Shown: positions 36,585-45,946 of the stretch, one piece after another | Numbering within the stretch: position 1 is the stretch's first letter | How the letters are laid out: each line of letters opens with the position of its first letter | Assembly: GCA_002440905.1 (NCBI GenBank) | Contig: DJWA01000002.1 | Location: 192,065 to 256,064, forward strand | DNA from: Candidatus Roizmanbacteria bacterium UBA6242 | GTDB taxonomy: Bacteria; Patescibacteriota; Microgenomatia; UBA1406; GWC2-37-13 | Direction: 5' to 3' | Length of the DNA stretch: 64,000 nt | The notes under the pieces: model-generated | Databases searched by the model: none | The model's input: only the letters and a program-made list of their open reading frames with translations | What the model was told of the DNA's origin: nothing | Translations under genes and position numbers: made by a program

Positions 36585-38459
36585 ATGATTAAAAAATTTG
36601 GTTTTACAGAAAAATCTACCGATATGAAAAAAAACAAAAGGCTGAAGGTCGTATCTGCTGTTATTATCTTATTTTTGTTGGTTGGCTATTTATTTATATG
36701 GAGACCAATTTCTAAAATAAAAACCCAAGGAAATGTTCTTATGGGGTCTGCTAAAGAGCTCAAAGATGCTTTTTCTAAAAACGATATTGATCTGGTTAAA
36801 TCCAAGCTGAATGATTTTTCTGGAAAATATAAGAACTTCCAAAGCGCTTCCAAGTCCGTTTACTGGGCCGCCTTCATTCCACATGTTGCAGATTTTAAGA
36901 GGGGGGTAGAAGCCGGTGCTTATATGGTCTCAGCCGGGACAAGCGCGGTTGCTGCGATTGAACCTTACGCGGATCTTATCGGTTTTAAAAAGGGAGAGAC
37001 CTCTTTTGCCGAAAGGTCGGCCGAAGACCGTCTTCAAACTGCCGTTCTTACCCTTGATAAGCTGCTCTCAAAAATTGACCCAATTTCAGCAGACATCAAA
37101 GCGGCAGAAGAACTAATCGAGCAGATAAATCCGGATAGGTACCCGAAGAAGCTTGGTAAAACTGTCGTTAGGGATAACATCATCAATGTCAAAGAACAGT
37201 TCAAAGGCATGTCATCGCTTTTTGTTGACGCAAAACCTCTTATTAAAAAGCTCCCCGATATACTCGGGGCAGACGAGGAACAGACATATCTGGTACTCTT
37301 TCAAAACGATAAGGAAAGAAGGGCGACCGGCGGTTTTCTGACATTCTACACCGTCTTCAAGGTCAAGCAGGGCAAGTTGGTAATCGATCGATCGGATGAC
37401 ATATATTCATTGGACGAAAACATCGCCGTTCATCCAGCAGCCCCTCGAGAAATACTCACTTACCACAAGAATGTTACTCGGTTTTACATAAGAGATTCTA
37501 ATTACTCGCCGGATTTTGTCGAATCAGTTAAATTGTTCGAGAGCCTTTACGAAAAAAGCGGATCCAAGGTCGCTTACGATGGAATTATCGCCCTTGACTC
37601 AAAGATATTGGTTGATATGTTGACGATTTTTGGCGACACCGAGGTTGGTGGTTTAGTATTTTCTGCTAAAACCGATCAGAGATGCGACTGTCCGCAGGTC
37701 ATCTATCAACTTTTTGACATCGTTGACAGACCGGTAGGTTATATAAAAGAAAATAGGAAAGGTATTTTGGGTGACTTAATGTATGCCTTGTTCTACCGTG
37801 CTCTTGGGTTTTCACCCTCAAGATACTGGGGGACTTTGGCACAGACCATGTACAAGAATATGCAGGAAAAACACATTCTCTTGAACTTTAAGGATGAAGA
37901 GATCCAAAAGTCGGTTGAAAAGCTAAATTTTGCTGGTCGTATCAACGACTACAAAGGGGACTATCTTCACATCAATAATGTTAATTTTGCTGGGGCTAAA
38001 TCAAATCTTTTCGTTTCGGAAGCCATCGTTTCCAAGTCGGACGAGAAGAGCGGTAAAGTAGAGCGTGAGGTGACCGTCAACTACCGAAACCCGTATCCGC
38101 ATTCAGACTGTAACCTGGAACGTGGAGGACTTTGTCTTAATGCTACTTTGAGAAACTGGGTGAGAGTCTATGTGCCAAAGGGATCAAAGCTCGTGGAGTT
38201 CCAAGGCTCGTCCAAAAAAGTCCAAACCTATGACGATCTTGGAAAGACCGTATTTGAAGGTTACCTTGAAGTGCCGACAGAAGGTAAGGCAACAATCGTT
38301 GTCAAATACACGTTGCCCGATGCTTTAAAAGCAAAAGATTACTCGCTTCTTTTTGAAAAACAAGCGGGTGTCGAAAGTCAGGAAATCGATGTAAAACTAA
38401 ATGGAAAGACTCTCTACAAGGGTCCGATAACCGCAGACCATGTTTTTAATGATCTATGA
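36585..38459 (+). CDS. Membrane-anchored extracytoplasmic protein, DUF4012-like
   Basis: N-terminal TM helix. 'YLVLFQNDKERRATGGFLTFY' resembles the DUF4012 signature as I remember it, and the genomic context next to a priming transferase fits. Confidence 0.5.
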   Translation: MIKKFGFTEKSTDMKKNKRLKVVSAVIILFLLVGYLFIWRPISKIKTQGNVLMGSAKELKDAFSKNDIDLVKSKLNDFSGKYKNFQSASKSVYWAAFIPHVADFKRGVEAGAYMVSAGTSAVAAIEPYADLIGFKKGETSFAERSAEDRLQTAVLTLDKLLSKIDPISADIKAAEELIEQINPDRYPKKLGKTVVRDNIINVKEQFKGMSSLFVDAKPLIKKLPDILGADEEQTYLVLFQNDKERRATGGFLTFYTVFKVKQGKLVIDRSDDIYSLDENIAVHPAAPREILTYHKNVTRFYIRDSNYSPDFVESVKLFESLYEKSGSKVAYDGIIALDSKILVDMLTIFGDTEVGGLVFSAKTDQRCDCPQVIYQLFDIVDRPVGYIKENRKGILGDLMYALFYRALGFSPSRYWGTLAQTMYKNMQEKHILLNFKDEEIQKSVEKLNFAGRINDYKGDYLHINNVNFAGAKSNLFVSEAIVSKSDEKSGKVEREVTVNYRNPYPHSDCNLERGGLCLNATLRNWVRVYVPKGSKLVEFQGSSKKVQTYDDLGKTVFEGYLEVPTEGKATIVVKYTLPDALKAKDYSLLFEKQAGVESQEIDVKLNGKTLYKGPITADHVFNDL

Positions 38460-38974
38460 AAGGCAGCTTCAAGGACGAGGCCTTTGTCTTGAAGAAACGG
38501 GCGCTTTTGAACCGCAATATCCTGATTGATCTTTTTACCCGCGAACATGGCCACATAACCGTGATCGCTTATAACGCCCAGAAGCTGACGAGTCGACGTG
38601 GTCCGCATCTGGAGACTGGTAACTATATAAAAATAGAGGCCGTAAAAAAAGGGGAAAGGTTTTTTTTATCAGAGACTAACCTGATGTCGGGATTTTCACA
38701 GATAAAGGAACACAAGGGAAAAACAGACCACTTATATCTGTTTTTGTATTTCCTCGAACATATTCTTCCGGAAGGTGTTAAGGAAGATGAAGTATTTAAC
38801 CTTTTTAAGTCTTATTTAGTCTCCCTCGCCAAAGAGCAGGACTTGAAGCCTGTAACCCGCAACTACCTCAATCTAATCCTCCAAAAACTTGGTTATCTCC
38901 AGAATAGCCTGTCTGACGTGGAGTTAAACGACTTCATAGAGGATCTAATAGGTGAAAAACTACCGAGGTTTTAA
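38456..38974 (+). CDS. recO: DNA repair protein RecO (short form)
   Basis: N-terminal OB-fold pattern 'EAFVLKKRALLNRNILIDLFTREHGHITVIAYNAQK'. At 172 aa it is shorter than typical RecO. Confidence 0.6.
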   Translation: MKGSFKDEAFVLKKRALLNRNILIDLFTREHGHITVIAYNAQKLTSRRGPHLETGNYIKIEAVKKGERFFLSETNLMSGFSQIKEHKGKTDHLYLFLYFLEHILPEGVKEDEVFNLFKSYLVSLAKEQDLKPVTRNYLNLILQKLGYLQNSLSDVELNDFIEDLIGEKLPRF

Positions 38975-38989
38975 TATATAATTGAATTT

Positions 38990-40348
38990 ATGGAAGAAAT
39001 TATTGCATTGGCCAAAAGAAGGAGCTTTTTTTACCCTTCCTCGATGATCTATGGAGGTTTGGCTAATACCTGGGACTTTGGGCATTACGGGACACTTTTG
39101 AAAAACAACATTCGAGACTTGTGGATCAAAAAATTTGTGACGGAAAGAGCAGATATGGTCATGGTAGATGCTTCAATTATTCTCAATCCTAAGGTCTGGG
39201 AGGCTTCTGGACACGTTGCTGGGTTTGCCGACGCCCTTGTTGACTGTAGAAACTGCAAAACCAGGACTCGCGCTGACCATTTGATTGAAGACAAGCTTAA
39301 AGACGTTAAGGTTGAAGGGTTGCCGATTGAAAAGTTGACGGAAATAATAAGGACAAATAAGCTCAAATGCCCGAAATGTGGATCGCTCGATCTTACAGAT
39401 GCCCGTAAATTCAATCTTCTTTTTGAGACCAAGGTTGGTATGGTCGAGGAGTCAAAGTCAAAAGCATACCTGAGAGGGGAATTAGCTCAAGGGATATTTA
39501 TGAATTTCAAACAGGTTATTGACACAATGAGGGTTAGACTGCCCTTTGGAATCGCTTCTGTTGGAGCCTGCTTCAGAAATGAAATTACCCTAGGACAGGG
39601 CGTATTTCGAACCCTCCAATTTGACTTAATGGAATTCGAGTATTTTATTAGGCCTGAAGAATGGGAAAAGGTTTTTGGAAACTGGCAAAAAGAGATGTAT
39701 GACTTTGCTCTCTATCTTGGTTTGAAGAAAGACAAAATCAGATTTAGGGAGCATGAAGAATTTGAAAGATCTCACTACTCAAAGAGGACCGTTGATTTGG
39801 AATACCAGTTTCCGTTTGGGTGGAAAGAGATGTGGGGTCTTGCCTACAGGACCGATTTTGACCTGGTCAATCACATAAAACATTCTGGAGTCGATCTCAA
39901 ATACCGAGACCCTAAAACTGGAGAAGAGTTTGTGCCGCACGTAATTGAACCTACCTTCGGTCTGTCAAGACTCCTCATAACCATTCTTGCGGATAGTTAC
40001 AGCGAGGAGGAGGTCAACGGCAAAAAGCGCGTGGTTCTTAAACTAAAGCCCGCACTTTCTCCAATTAAGGCGGCCATTTTCCCGTTACAAAAAGACGAAA
40101 AGCTGGCAGCTCTCGCTCGGGGAGTCTACCATAACCTCAAAAAACATTTTAACGTGGAATTTGACGACGCCGGTAATATCGGAAAGATGTATAGACGGCA
40201 GGACGAAATCGGAACACCTTATTGTATTACCGTAGATTATCAGACTCAGGAAGACGAGACGGTGACTGTCCGCGACCGCGATACTATGGAACAAGAAAGG
40301 ATTCCCGTTTCGAAGCTTGAGGAGTATATTAATAAGAAATTGGCCTGA
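38990..40348 (+). CDS. glyQS: Glycine--tRNA ligase (alpha2 homodimeric type)
   Basis: 'FFYPSSMIYGGLANTWDFGHYG', 'FRNEITLGQGVFRTLQFDLMEFEYF' and 'PHVIEPTFGLSR'. Confidence 0.95.
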   Translation: MEEIIALAKRRSFFYPSSMIYGGLANTWDFGHYGTLLKNNIRDLWIKKFVTERADMVMVDASIILNPKVWEASGHVAGFADALVDCRNCKTRTRADHLIEDKLKDVKVEGLPIEKLTEIIRTNKLKCPKCGSLDLTDARKFNLLFETKVGMVEESKSKAYLRGELAQGIFMNFKQVIDTMRVRLPFGIASVGACFRNEITLGQGVFRTLQFDLMEFEYFIRPEEWEKVFGNWQKEMYDFALYLGLKKDKIRFREHEEFERSHYSKRTVDLEYQFPFGWKEMWGLAYRTDFDLVNHIKHSGVDLKYRDPKTGEEFVPHVIEPTFGLSRLLITILADSYSEEEVNGKKRVVLKLKPALSPIKAAIFPLQKDEKLAALARGVYHNLKKHFNVEFDDAGNIGKMYRRQDEIGTPYCITVDYQTQEDETVTVRDRDTMEQERIPVSKLEEYINKKLA

Positions 40349-40371
40349 TTAACAGTTAATATTTAAATATT

Positions 40372-40833
40372 ATGAAACCTGAACACAAAAAATATGTGAT
40401 TGTCGGAGGTATCGTTGCCTTGTTACTATTGGTAGGTTTTTTCGTCATAAATAATCGAAACAACAGTCAAACGGAGGTTCTCGATGAGTCTCCCGTTGAA
40501 GATGTCTTGCCGACTGTTGATGCATCGGTTAAAGTTAGTCTTGAAGCAAACGATGCTCAGAATAAAGAGGTAACTTTATCGGCGTCGGGAATTCCGTCGG
40601 GGACAGAATCGGTCGAATACGAGCTATCCTATCTAACTGCCTCCCAAGGGCTGCAGGGTGTCATCGGGACGGTGTCTCTTGAAGGTAAGAAGCAATTTGA
40701 GAAAGAGTTGACTCTGGGTACCTGCTCGTCAGGAACCTGCGTTTACCACCAGGTTGTCGGAAAGATAAAATTAACGCTCAAATTTAATGGAGATTACGGA
40801 GCAAAATTATTTGAAAAAGAATTTGGATTGTAA
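40372..40833 (+). CDS. Membrane-anchored hypothetical protein
   Basis: 153-aa ORF with an N-terminal TM helix and a beta-rich ectodomain. No family was recognised. Confidence 0.4.
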   Translation: MKPEHKKYVIVGGIVALLLLVGFFVINNRNNSQTEVLDESPVEDVLPTVDASVKVSLEANDAQNKEVTLSASGIPSGTESVEYELSYLTASQGLQGVIGTVSLEGKKQFEKELTLGTCSSGTCVYHQVVGKIKLTLKFNGDYGAKLFEKEFGL

Positions 40834-40875
40834 GTTCAGTAAACTATTTATTGAGAGGAGGTGCTTTAAATTATT

Positions 40876-41118
40876 ATGCCAATCATAAAATCAGCTGTAA
40901 AAAAAGTCAGGAAGGACAAGAAAAGGACCGTTAGAAACACGAAAGTGGTCGCGTCCTATAAAAACACCATGAAAAAGATGAAAAAAGGTGGAGATTCGAA
41001 ATCGTTGATAGCCAAGTTTTATTCCCAAGTAGATAAGGCCGTCAAGGGTAAGACAATCCACAAAAACAAAGCCAAGAGATTAAAGAGTCAAGCCGCGAAA
41101 TTAACTAAAAAGAAATGA
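40876..41118 (+). CDS. rpsT: 30S ribosomal protein S20
   Basis: 'MPIIKSAVKKVRKDKKRTVRN' and 'DKAVKGKTIHKNKA.R.KS'. A strong SD (AGGAGGTG) lies upstream. Confidence 0.9.
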   Translation: MPIIKSAVKKVRKDKKRTVRNTKVVASYKNTMKKMKKGGDSKSLIAKFYSQVDKAVKGKTIHKNKAKRLKSQAAKLTKKK

Positions 41119-41639
41119 AGTACAAGATAAATTTGATTCCGAAAAAAGAAACTCCTTTATTGGAGAAGATGGTTTATTTTGCTTTAAACTACCTGAGGTA
41201 TATTATCGTCATTACTCAACTTGTGGTTATTGGGGTCTTTTTTTACAGGTTTCAGATTGACCAAAGAATAATAGATTTGAAAGAGGCGGTTGATCAGAAA
41301 AAGGAGATCGTCCAAATAGTTTTACCGCTTCTGAACGAAGCCAGCAGAATCGATACGAAGACTACCGAGATAGAGAGTATTTTACGAAGGCAGTCCGGTT
41401 TTCAGTCAATGGTTACATATTTTTTAAGCATTTTTCCGGCGACCATTCAGCTGAACAATCTTGAGATTCTGGAGAAATCCATGAAAGTGAGCGGGACGGC
41501 CGCTGATCCGGCTCACCTCCAAGCATTTTTCCAGTTGATGAAAGAGGATGAAAAGTTCGGTGACGTTACTTTTCAGACCATAAAAAAGGGTGATAATGGT
41601 TATGATTTTGTTTTGAATCTGAGCAAATGGAAAAATTAA
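41115..41639 (+). CDS. PilN-like bitopic membrane protein
   Basis: 'KINLIPKK', then a TM helix, then a coiled coil, as in the fimbrial assembly protein PilN. An ATGA overlap joins it to rpsT. Confidence 0.4.
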   Translation: MKYKINLIPKKETPLLEKMVYFALNYLRYIIVITQLVVIGVFFYRFQIDQRIIDLKEAVDQKKEIVQIVLPLLNEASRIDTKTTEIESILRRQSGFQSMVTYFLSIFPATIQLNNLEILEKSMKVSGTAADPAHLQAFFQLMKEDEKFGDVTFQTIKKGDNGYDFVLNLSKWKN

Positions 41640-42193
41640 AATTAAAAGACATATTTACCAAGAAAACGCGAGATTATACGTTTGCAATCTTGTTTCTTTT
41701 GATCTTTTCTGGATTCATCGTATTCGCTATCCGTCCGTCTATTACTACCGCCTTTTCGCTTAAAAAGGAGGAAGCCGATCTTGACAAGATCGACAAAACA
41801 TATGAAAGTAAGATTATGGATATCGCTTCGATCCAGTCACAGATTGAGGATCATCGAGAAGAGCTTCACTTATTAGACGATGCTGTTTCTCAGTATCCCG
41901 AAGTCAACAAGATGGTTGAAGACGTAAAGACCATAGCCGATAGGAATAATTTTCTGATAAAAAAAGCCAATATCGCGGACGTTGACTTGTCTGTTTCAAA
42001 AAAATCAATGGATAAGGTCAGTTTAATCGTGGAAGGAAAAACAAGCTTTGAGGATTTTATGATATTTATGAACGATCTTCACTCGCAAAGGAGATTAAAG
42101 ACAATTGACAAGGTTATAATTGGCCGCGACCTTGAAAGCACAGGATCTGGTAGTCTGAGAGTTGTTATTACAATTGACGGATACTATTTATGA
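41627..42193 (+). CDS. PilO-like bitopic membrane protein
   Basis: N-terminal TM helix, a coiled coil and an alpha/beta C-terminal domain, positioned after the PilN-like gene. This rests on architecture only. Confidence 0.3.
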   Translation: MEKLKLKDIFTKKTRDYTFAILFLLIFSGFIVFAIRPSITTAFSLKKEEADLDKIDKTYESKIMDIASIQSQIEDHREELHLLDDAVSQYPEVNKMVEDVKTIADRNNFLIKKANIADVDLSVSKKSMDKVSLIVEGKTSFEDFMIFMNDLHSQRRLKTIDKVIIGRDLESTGSGSLRVVITIDGYYL

Positions 42194-42375
42194 ATAGAAA
42201 GGAATTACTATTGCTTTCGATCGGCGTTTTCTTAACGGTAGTCGCCTGGCTTGTGGCCGATATTCATCACGCCGCAACTGAAGAAAAAATCAAAATCAAA
42301 ACAGCTATACCGACTTTGAAAAAATACGAAATAAAGCAGGAAATATTAACCATATTAAAAGATAAAGCAGAGTAA
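42190..42375 (+). CDS. Small single-TM protein
   Basis: 61-aa ORF whose start overlaps the upstream stop. It has one TM helix. Confidence 0.3.
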   Translation: MNRKELLLLSIGVFLTVVAWLVADIHHAATEEKIKIKTAIPTLKKYEIKQEILTILKDKAE

Positions 42376-42385
42376 ATAAAATACA

Positions 42386-43690
42386 ATGTCCTATTCGCAG
42401 TTATATTTGCAAAATAAAGGGCCAAGAGTTCCGGTGCCGGTTGCCGCGGTATTGGTTATCATTTTGACGGTTGTTTTTGGACGTTTTTTTCTATCAAATA
42501 ATACAACCAGTACCAGAGCTTCCAAAAAAACCGTCAAAAAAGTTGAGGTCACAAACGTGAGCCCTTACCAAGCCAATGTATTTTGGCAAAGCGAGAGTCC
42601 GGAAGAGGGGTATATTTTTTACGGCGAAGACGTCGCCGAAGTGAAGAATATTGCCTTGGATGATCGAGATCTTTCAGAAACAAAAGGAATCTATCTCAAT
42701 CATTATGTCACTTTGAGAAACCTTAAACCAGGGCAGGCCTATTTTTTTAAAATAGTCACCAATAACCAGGTGATCGCGAAACCGGACGGTAGCTTATTCA
42801 GTTTTAAAACTCCAGTATTATCTTCTACGAGTTCAACATTAAAGCCGGCAAACGGTAAGGTTTTGAAGGAAAACCTAAGTGGTCAAGAGAACGCCATTGT
42901 GCTTTTATATGTTGAGGGAATGTATCCTTTATCAGCAATGACTAAATCAACAGGCGAGTGGCTTATACCTTTGAACTCTTTTTATGATCAAGAAAAGCTC
43001 GAGAGTCGGGCATTGTCCGAAAGTCAAAAGGCAAGGATAGAAATATTTAACGAAGATAACAAAAATACAGTTCTTAATGGTCGCTTGGCCAATTTGGCTC
43101 CAGTTACAACAACTATTGTTGTGGGAAAGTCATATGACTTAAACGACTCAGGGGATCAGGTACTGTCGGCCCAAACGTCAAACATAAACAATAAAGAAAT
43201 AGACATAATTTATCCGGTCGAAGGCGCACTCATTCCCGGGCGAGCACCGCTTATCAAAGGCACCGCCCGGCCAAAAGCACAAGTCTTTGTAACTGTAAAT
43301 TCCAGAAAAACCTTTTCGGCCGTTGTTGCCGCTGACTTGGACGGATTATGGAGTTATGCCTTACCTGAAAGTTTGGAACTCGGAAATCATACCGTAACGA
43401 TTACGACAAAAGACAGAAATGGAAAAGACGTTAGTATGACGCGCAAATTTGTCATAATTGCCAACGACTACGAAGGAAAAGTCCTGGGAGAAGCTTCAGG
43501 TTCCCCAACAATTGCTGCGACTTCGACGCCAGCGCCAACTGTGACTGCGGCTCCGACGGTGGTTGTAACAGAGCCCGTGAGTTCGATCACGCCTACAGCC
43601 TTGATGAATACGGGAATAACAGATTTCTTTCCAATAATAGGAGGAATATCCTTTATCGTTGTCGGATTGGGTTTCCTCCTTGTTTTCTAG
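42386..43690 (+). CDS. Surface protein with FN3-like and Ig-like domains, Thr/Pro/Ala stalk and a C-terminal LMNTG + TM sorting-signal-like tail
   Basis: 'VEVTNVSPYQANVFWQSESPEEGYIFYG...LKPGQAYFFKI' (FN3/PAP-N-like) and 'GNHTVTITTKDRNGK' (Ig-like). The C-terminus reads 'TALMNTGITDFFPIIGGISFIVVGLGFLLVF'. Confidence 0.5.
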   Translation: MSYSQLYLQNKGPRVPVPVAAVLVIILTVVFGRFFLSNNTTSTRASKKTVKKVEVTNVSPYQANVFWQSESPEEGYIFYGEDVAEVKNIALDDRDLSETKGIYLNHYVTLRNLKPGQAYFFKIVTNNQVIAKPDGSLFSFKTPVLSSTSSTLKPANGKVLKENLSGQENAIVLLYVEGMYPLSAMTKSTGEWLIPLNSFYDQEKLESRALSESQKARIEIFNEDNKNTVLNGRLANLAPVTTTIVVGKSYDLNDSGDQVLSAQTSNINNKEIDIIYPVEGALIPGRAPLIKGTARPKAQVFVTVNSRKTFSAVVAADLDGLWSYALPESLELGNHTVTITTKDRNGKDVSMTRKFVIIANDYEGKVLGEASGSPTIAATSTPAPTVTAAPTVVVTEPVSSITPTALMNTGITDFFPIIGGISFIVVGLGFLLVF

Positions 43691-43715
43691 GCTTTTTTTC
43701 CGATACAATTAAATT

Positions 43716-44366
43716 ATGGACATATTTGGGCTATTAGGTTATATAAACAAGTTTAGTCTTCTGGCATTCATCGCAACCTTAGGGGTATTGATATACCAGG
43801 TATATCAACTAAAAAAAGATTCCAAATCGGTTCACGAAACACCGGAAATACCGGATTTCAACGAAAGCGCGTCCGTTCCGTCGATAAATTATTCACCCCT
43901 AAAGACCAAGGTTGAAACAGATCACACGAAGAGCCTGAATATAAACATGCTTATTCTAATTATCATAACGGTCGGTATTATCCTTTTTATTTTTTTCTCG
44001 ATATTCATTAAAAATAGCAATAAAGAGGAGGTAAAAGCTACCCCGGAGGAGCCGCTGATAAAGTTGGCAGCGTCAAAAGGAATAAAAGTTTACGATCAGA
44101 ACTGGTCTGAGCTTGATGAAGCTAAAATAGCCGCCTTAAGGGGAGGTGACGAAGTGATAGTTGGGATTGACCGTACATCAGATCAAAACATCGATAAAGC
44201 CAGAATCAGGTTAAATGAAGAAATCTGGAATGAATCAAATGAAGACCTGACATACGACAAAACCACCAATATTTATTACAAAAAATTTACAATAGCGACG
44301 GATTCGGCTTTTTTAAAAATTGAAGCTCAGCTTCATCACATAAAAGATGGATGGCTTGGAGAGTAA
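43716..44366 (+). CDS. Membrane protein, unknown function (2 TM helices)
   Basis: 216-aa ORF with two hydrophobic segments. No family was recognised. Confidence 0.4.
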   Translation: MDIFGLLGYINKFSLLAFIATLGVLIYQVYQLKKDSKSVHETPEIPDFNESASVPSINYSPLKTKVETDHTKSLNINMLILIIITVGIILFIFFSIFIKNSNKEEVKATPEEPLIKLAASKGIKVYDQNWSELDEAKIAALRGGDEVIVGIDRTSDQNIDKARIRLNEEIWNESNEDLTYDKTTNIYYKKFTIATDSAFLKIEAQLHHIKDGWLGE

Positions 44367-44826
44367 AATTAAACTAGATAAGAAAACGATCATGATGCTC
44401 GCCGGGGGTGGTTTATTGGTGATGATTGGTATTTTTGTATATTTTGTGACCGCTTTCAAGCCGGAGGTTCCTCAAACTGAAAGTCAAAAAATAGTGACGA
44501 AGAACGAGAGCAAGACGTATTCGAAATACGTGGCGCTTAGCGAAGATCGACCATCAACGCCGTCGGCAACAACGGTACCCACAGAGTTGCCTTCGCCAAC
44601 GCCAGAAGCTTCCCCGACGACAGCGGCTGAAGTAGAAGACCTAACTCTGACACCGTCACCGACAGAAATAATATTGGCCGTAGAAACAACAACTGCGACC
44701 GAAGAGGCAGCCTTAACTAGTGAGCCCACTCAAATTGCGGCGCTGCCGACAACTGGAATGATCGAGGGTGGACTATTAATATTCTTAGTGTCTATCTCCA
44801 TGATAGCTTTTGCGTTTGTCCTTTAG
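44347..44826 (+). CDS. Small Thr/Pro-rich LPXTG-type surface protein
   Basis: N-terminal TM/signal segment, a T/P/S/A-rich stalk and the C-terminal 'AALPTTGMIEGGLLIFLVSISMIAFAFVL'. Confidence 0.55.
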   Translation: MDGLESKIKLDKKTIMMLAGGGLLVMIGIFVYFVTAFKPEVPQTESQKIVTKNESKTYSKYVALSEDRPSTPSATTVPTELPSPTPEASPTTAAEVEDLTLTPSPTEIILAVETTTATEEAALTSEPTQIAALPTTGMIEGGLLIFLVSISMIAFAFVL

Positions 44827-44827
44827 T

Positions 44828-45853
44828 TTATTTCAAACACTCGCCCTCTTCTTCAAGTTCACACTTTATAAACGAATGAATCATGTTAAAATCACCAGAA
44901 CGGGGAATAAGAACCCAACGGTAATCGTATTTGTCAGAAATGGGCGGAGTAGTAAATAGATCCTCAGTCAAAGTAGTTTTGTTGGAAGTAAAATTCCGAC
45001 GTAATAATATATTTTTGAATATTACGGCTAACTTTTGGTTGTCTATGTCCCTTTTGACAATATTATTCAAAAGGTAATAAATATTATTGTAATTCTCAAT
45101 GTTTGGTTTTTTGACATAATTTAGAGTTTTATCAATTACTGCTTCTAATACTTTTTGTTGTCGGGCTTCACGAGCAAAATCTGTTCCCTCGGACCCTTCG
45201 GCATTTCTAGATCTTACAAACTTTAAAGCAGTCTCACCATCCATATTCATTCTACCGCGAGTGAAAGTTACTGTCTGGTAGCGGCATTTGTATTCTTGAT
45301 CGTCATCGCAATCGTCGTTCTCTTTACCTTCAATTGGAAATTTTTTGTCCGTAAAAGATCTTTGTATATCAACTTCAACTCCTCCAAGATAGTCGACTAC
45401 TTCTTTAAACCTATCAAAATCTATCGCCACCGCATAATGGATAGGCATACCGATGATTGAAGAAACTTCTGACTTGGCAAGGATAAACCCTCCAGAGCCC
45501 GGCCTCTTAGCTTCGCCATAGGCATAGGCGGAATTAACCTTGTCTCTCAATGTGGCGCTCCAAATATCTCTTGGAATTGAAACCGTTGTCAGTCTATTAT
45601 TTTTTAGATTGTAGTTGGCAACCATAATGGTGTCCGTTAAGTTTGGTCCTTCGTGTCCTTCTCCTGATTTTCCTAAAAGCAAAATATTTATCTGGTTGTT
45701 GTAAGTTTTTAGAGAGTCATTGAATAAAAGTGCCCTTAAGGGTGAAATCGAGAGAGTTTTTGTAACGAAAGCGTAGTAAGGTCTTGAAAGAATTAATATC
45801 AGCAAAGTCAGGACAGCAAAAATAATAAGCCACCTGATTGCGATTTTTTTCAT
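44828..45853 (-). CDS. LytR-CpsA-Psr (LCP) family glycopolymer transferase
   Basis: 'INILLLGKSG..GPNLTDTIMVANYN....TTVSIPRDIW' and 'FVRSRN'. Confidence 0.85.
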   Translation of the reverse strand: MKKIAIRWLIIFAVLTLLILILSRPYYAFVTKTLSISPLRALLFNDSLKTYNNQINILLLGKSGEGHEGPNLTDTIMVANYNLKNNRLTTVSIPRDIWSATLRDKVNSAYAYGEAKRPGSGGFILAKSEVSSIIGMPIHYAVAIDFDRFKEVVDYLGGVEVDIQRSFTDKKFPIEGKENDDCDDDQEYKCRYQTVTFTRGRMNMDGETALKFVRSRNAEGSEGTDFAREARQQKVLEAVIDKTLNYVKKPNIENYNNIYYLLNNIVKRDIDNQKLAVIFKNILLRRNFTSNKTTLTEDLFTTPPISDKYDYRWVLIPRSGDFNMIHSFIKCELEEEGECLK

Positions 45854-45880
45854 ACGAAGTGTATGCTAATATTATAAAAC

Positions 45881-45902
45881 ACTCTGCCTCAAAGGGCAGA
45901 GT
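45881..45902. promoter_or_regulatory. Perfect 8-bp inverted repeat in a divergent promoter region (candidate operator)
   Basis: ACTCTGCC-TCAAAG-GGCAGAGT. It abuts a + strand TATAAT (45902-45907) and lies close to a minus-strand TATAAT (45876-45871). Confidence 0.3.
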
Positions 45903-45946
45903 ATAATTTTTAGAAATCATTACCAGTTTTCTGCGCTTGTGCGTTA

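Noticed and set aside
38975-38989. T-box leaders upstream of the aminoacyl-tRNA synthetase genes (glyQS, serS, lysK).
   Set aside because: The upstream spacers are only 6-15 nt, far too short for a T-box.
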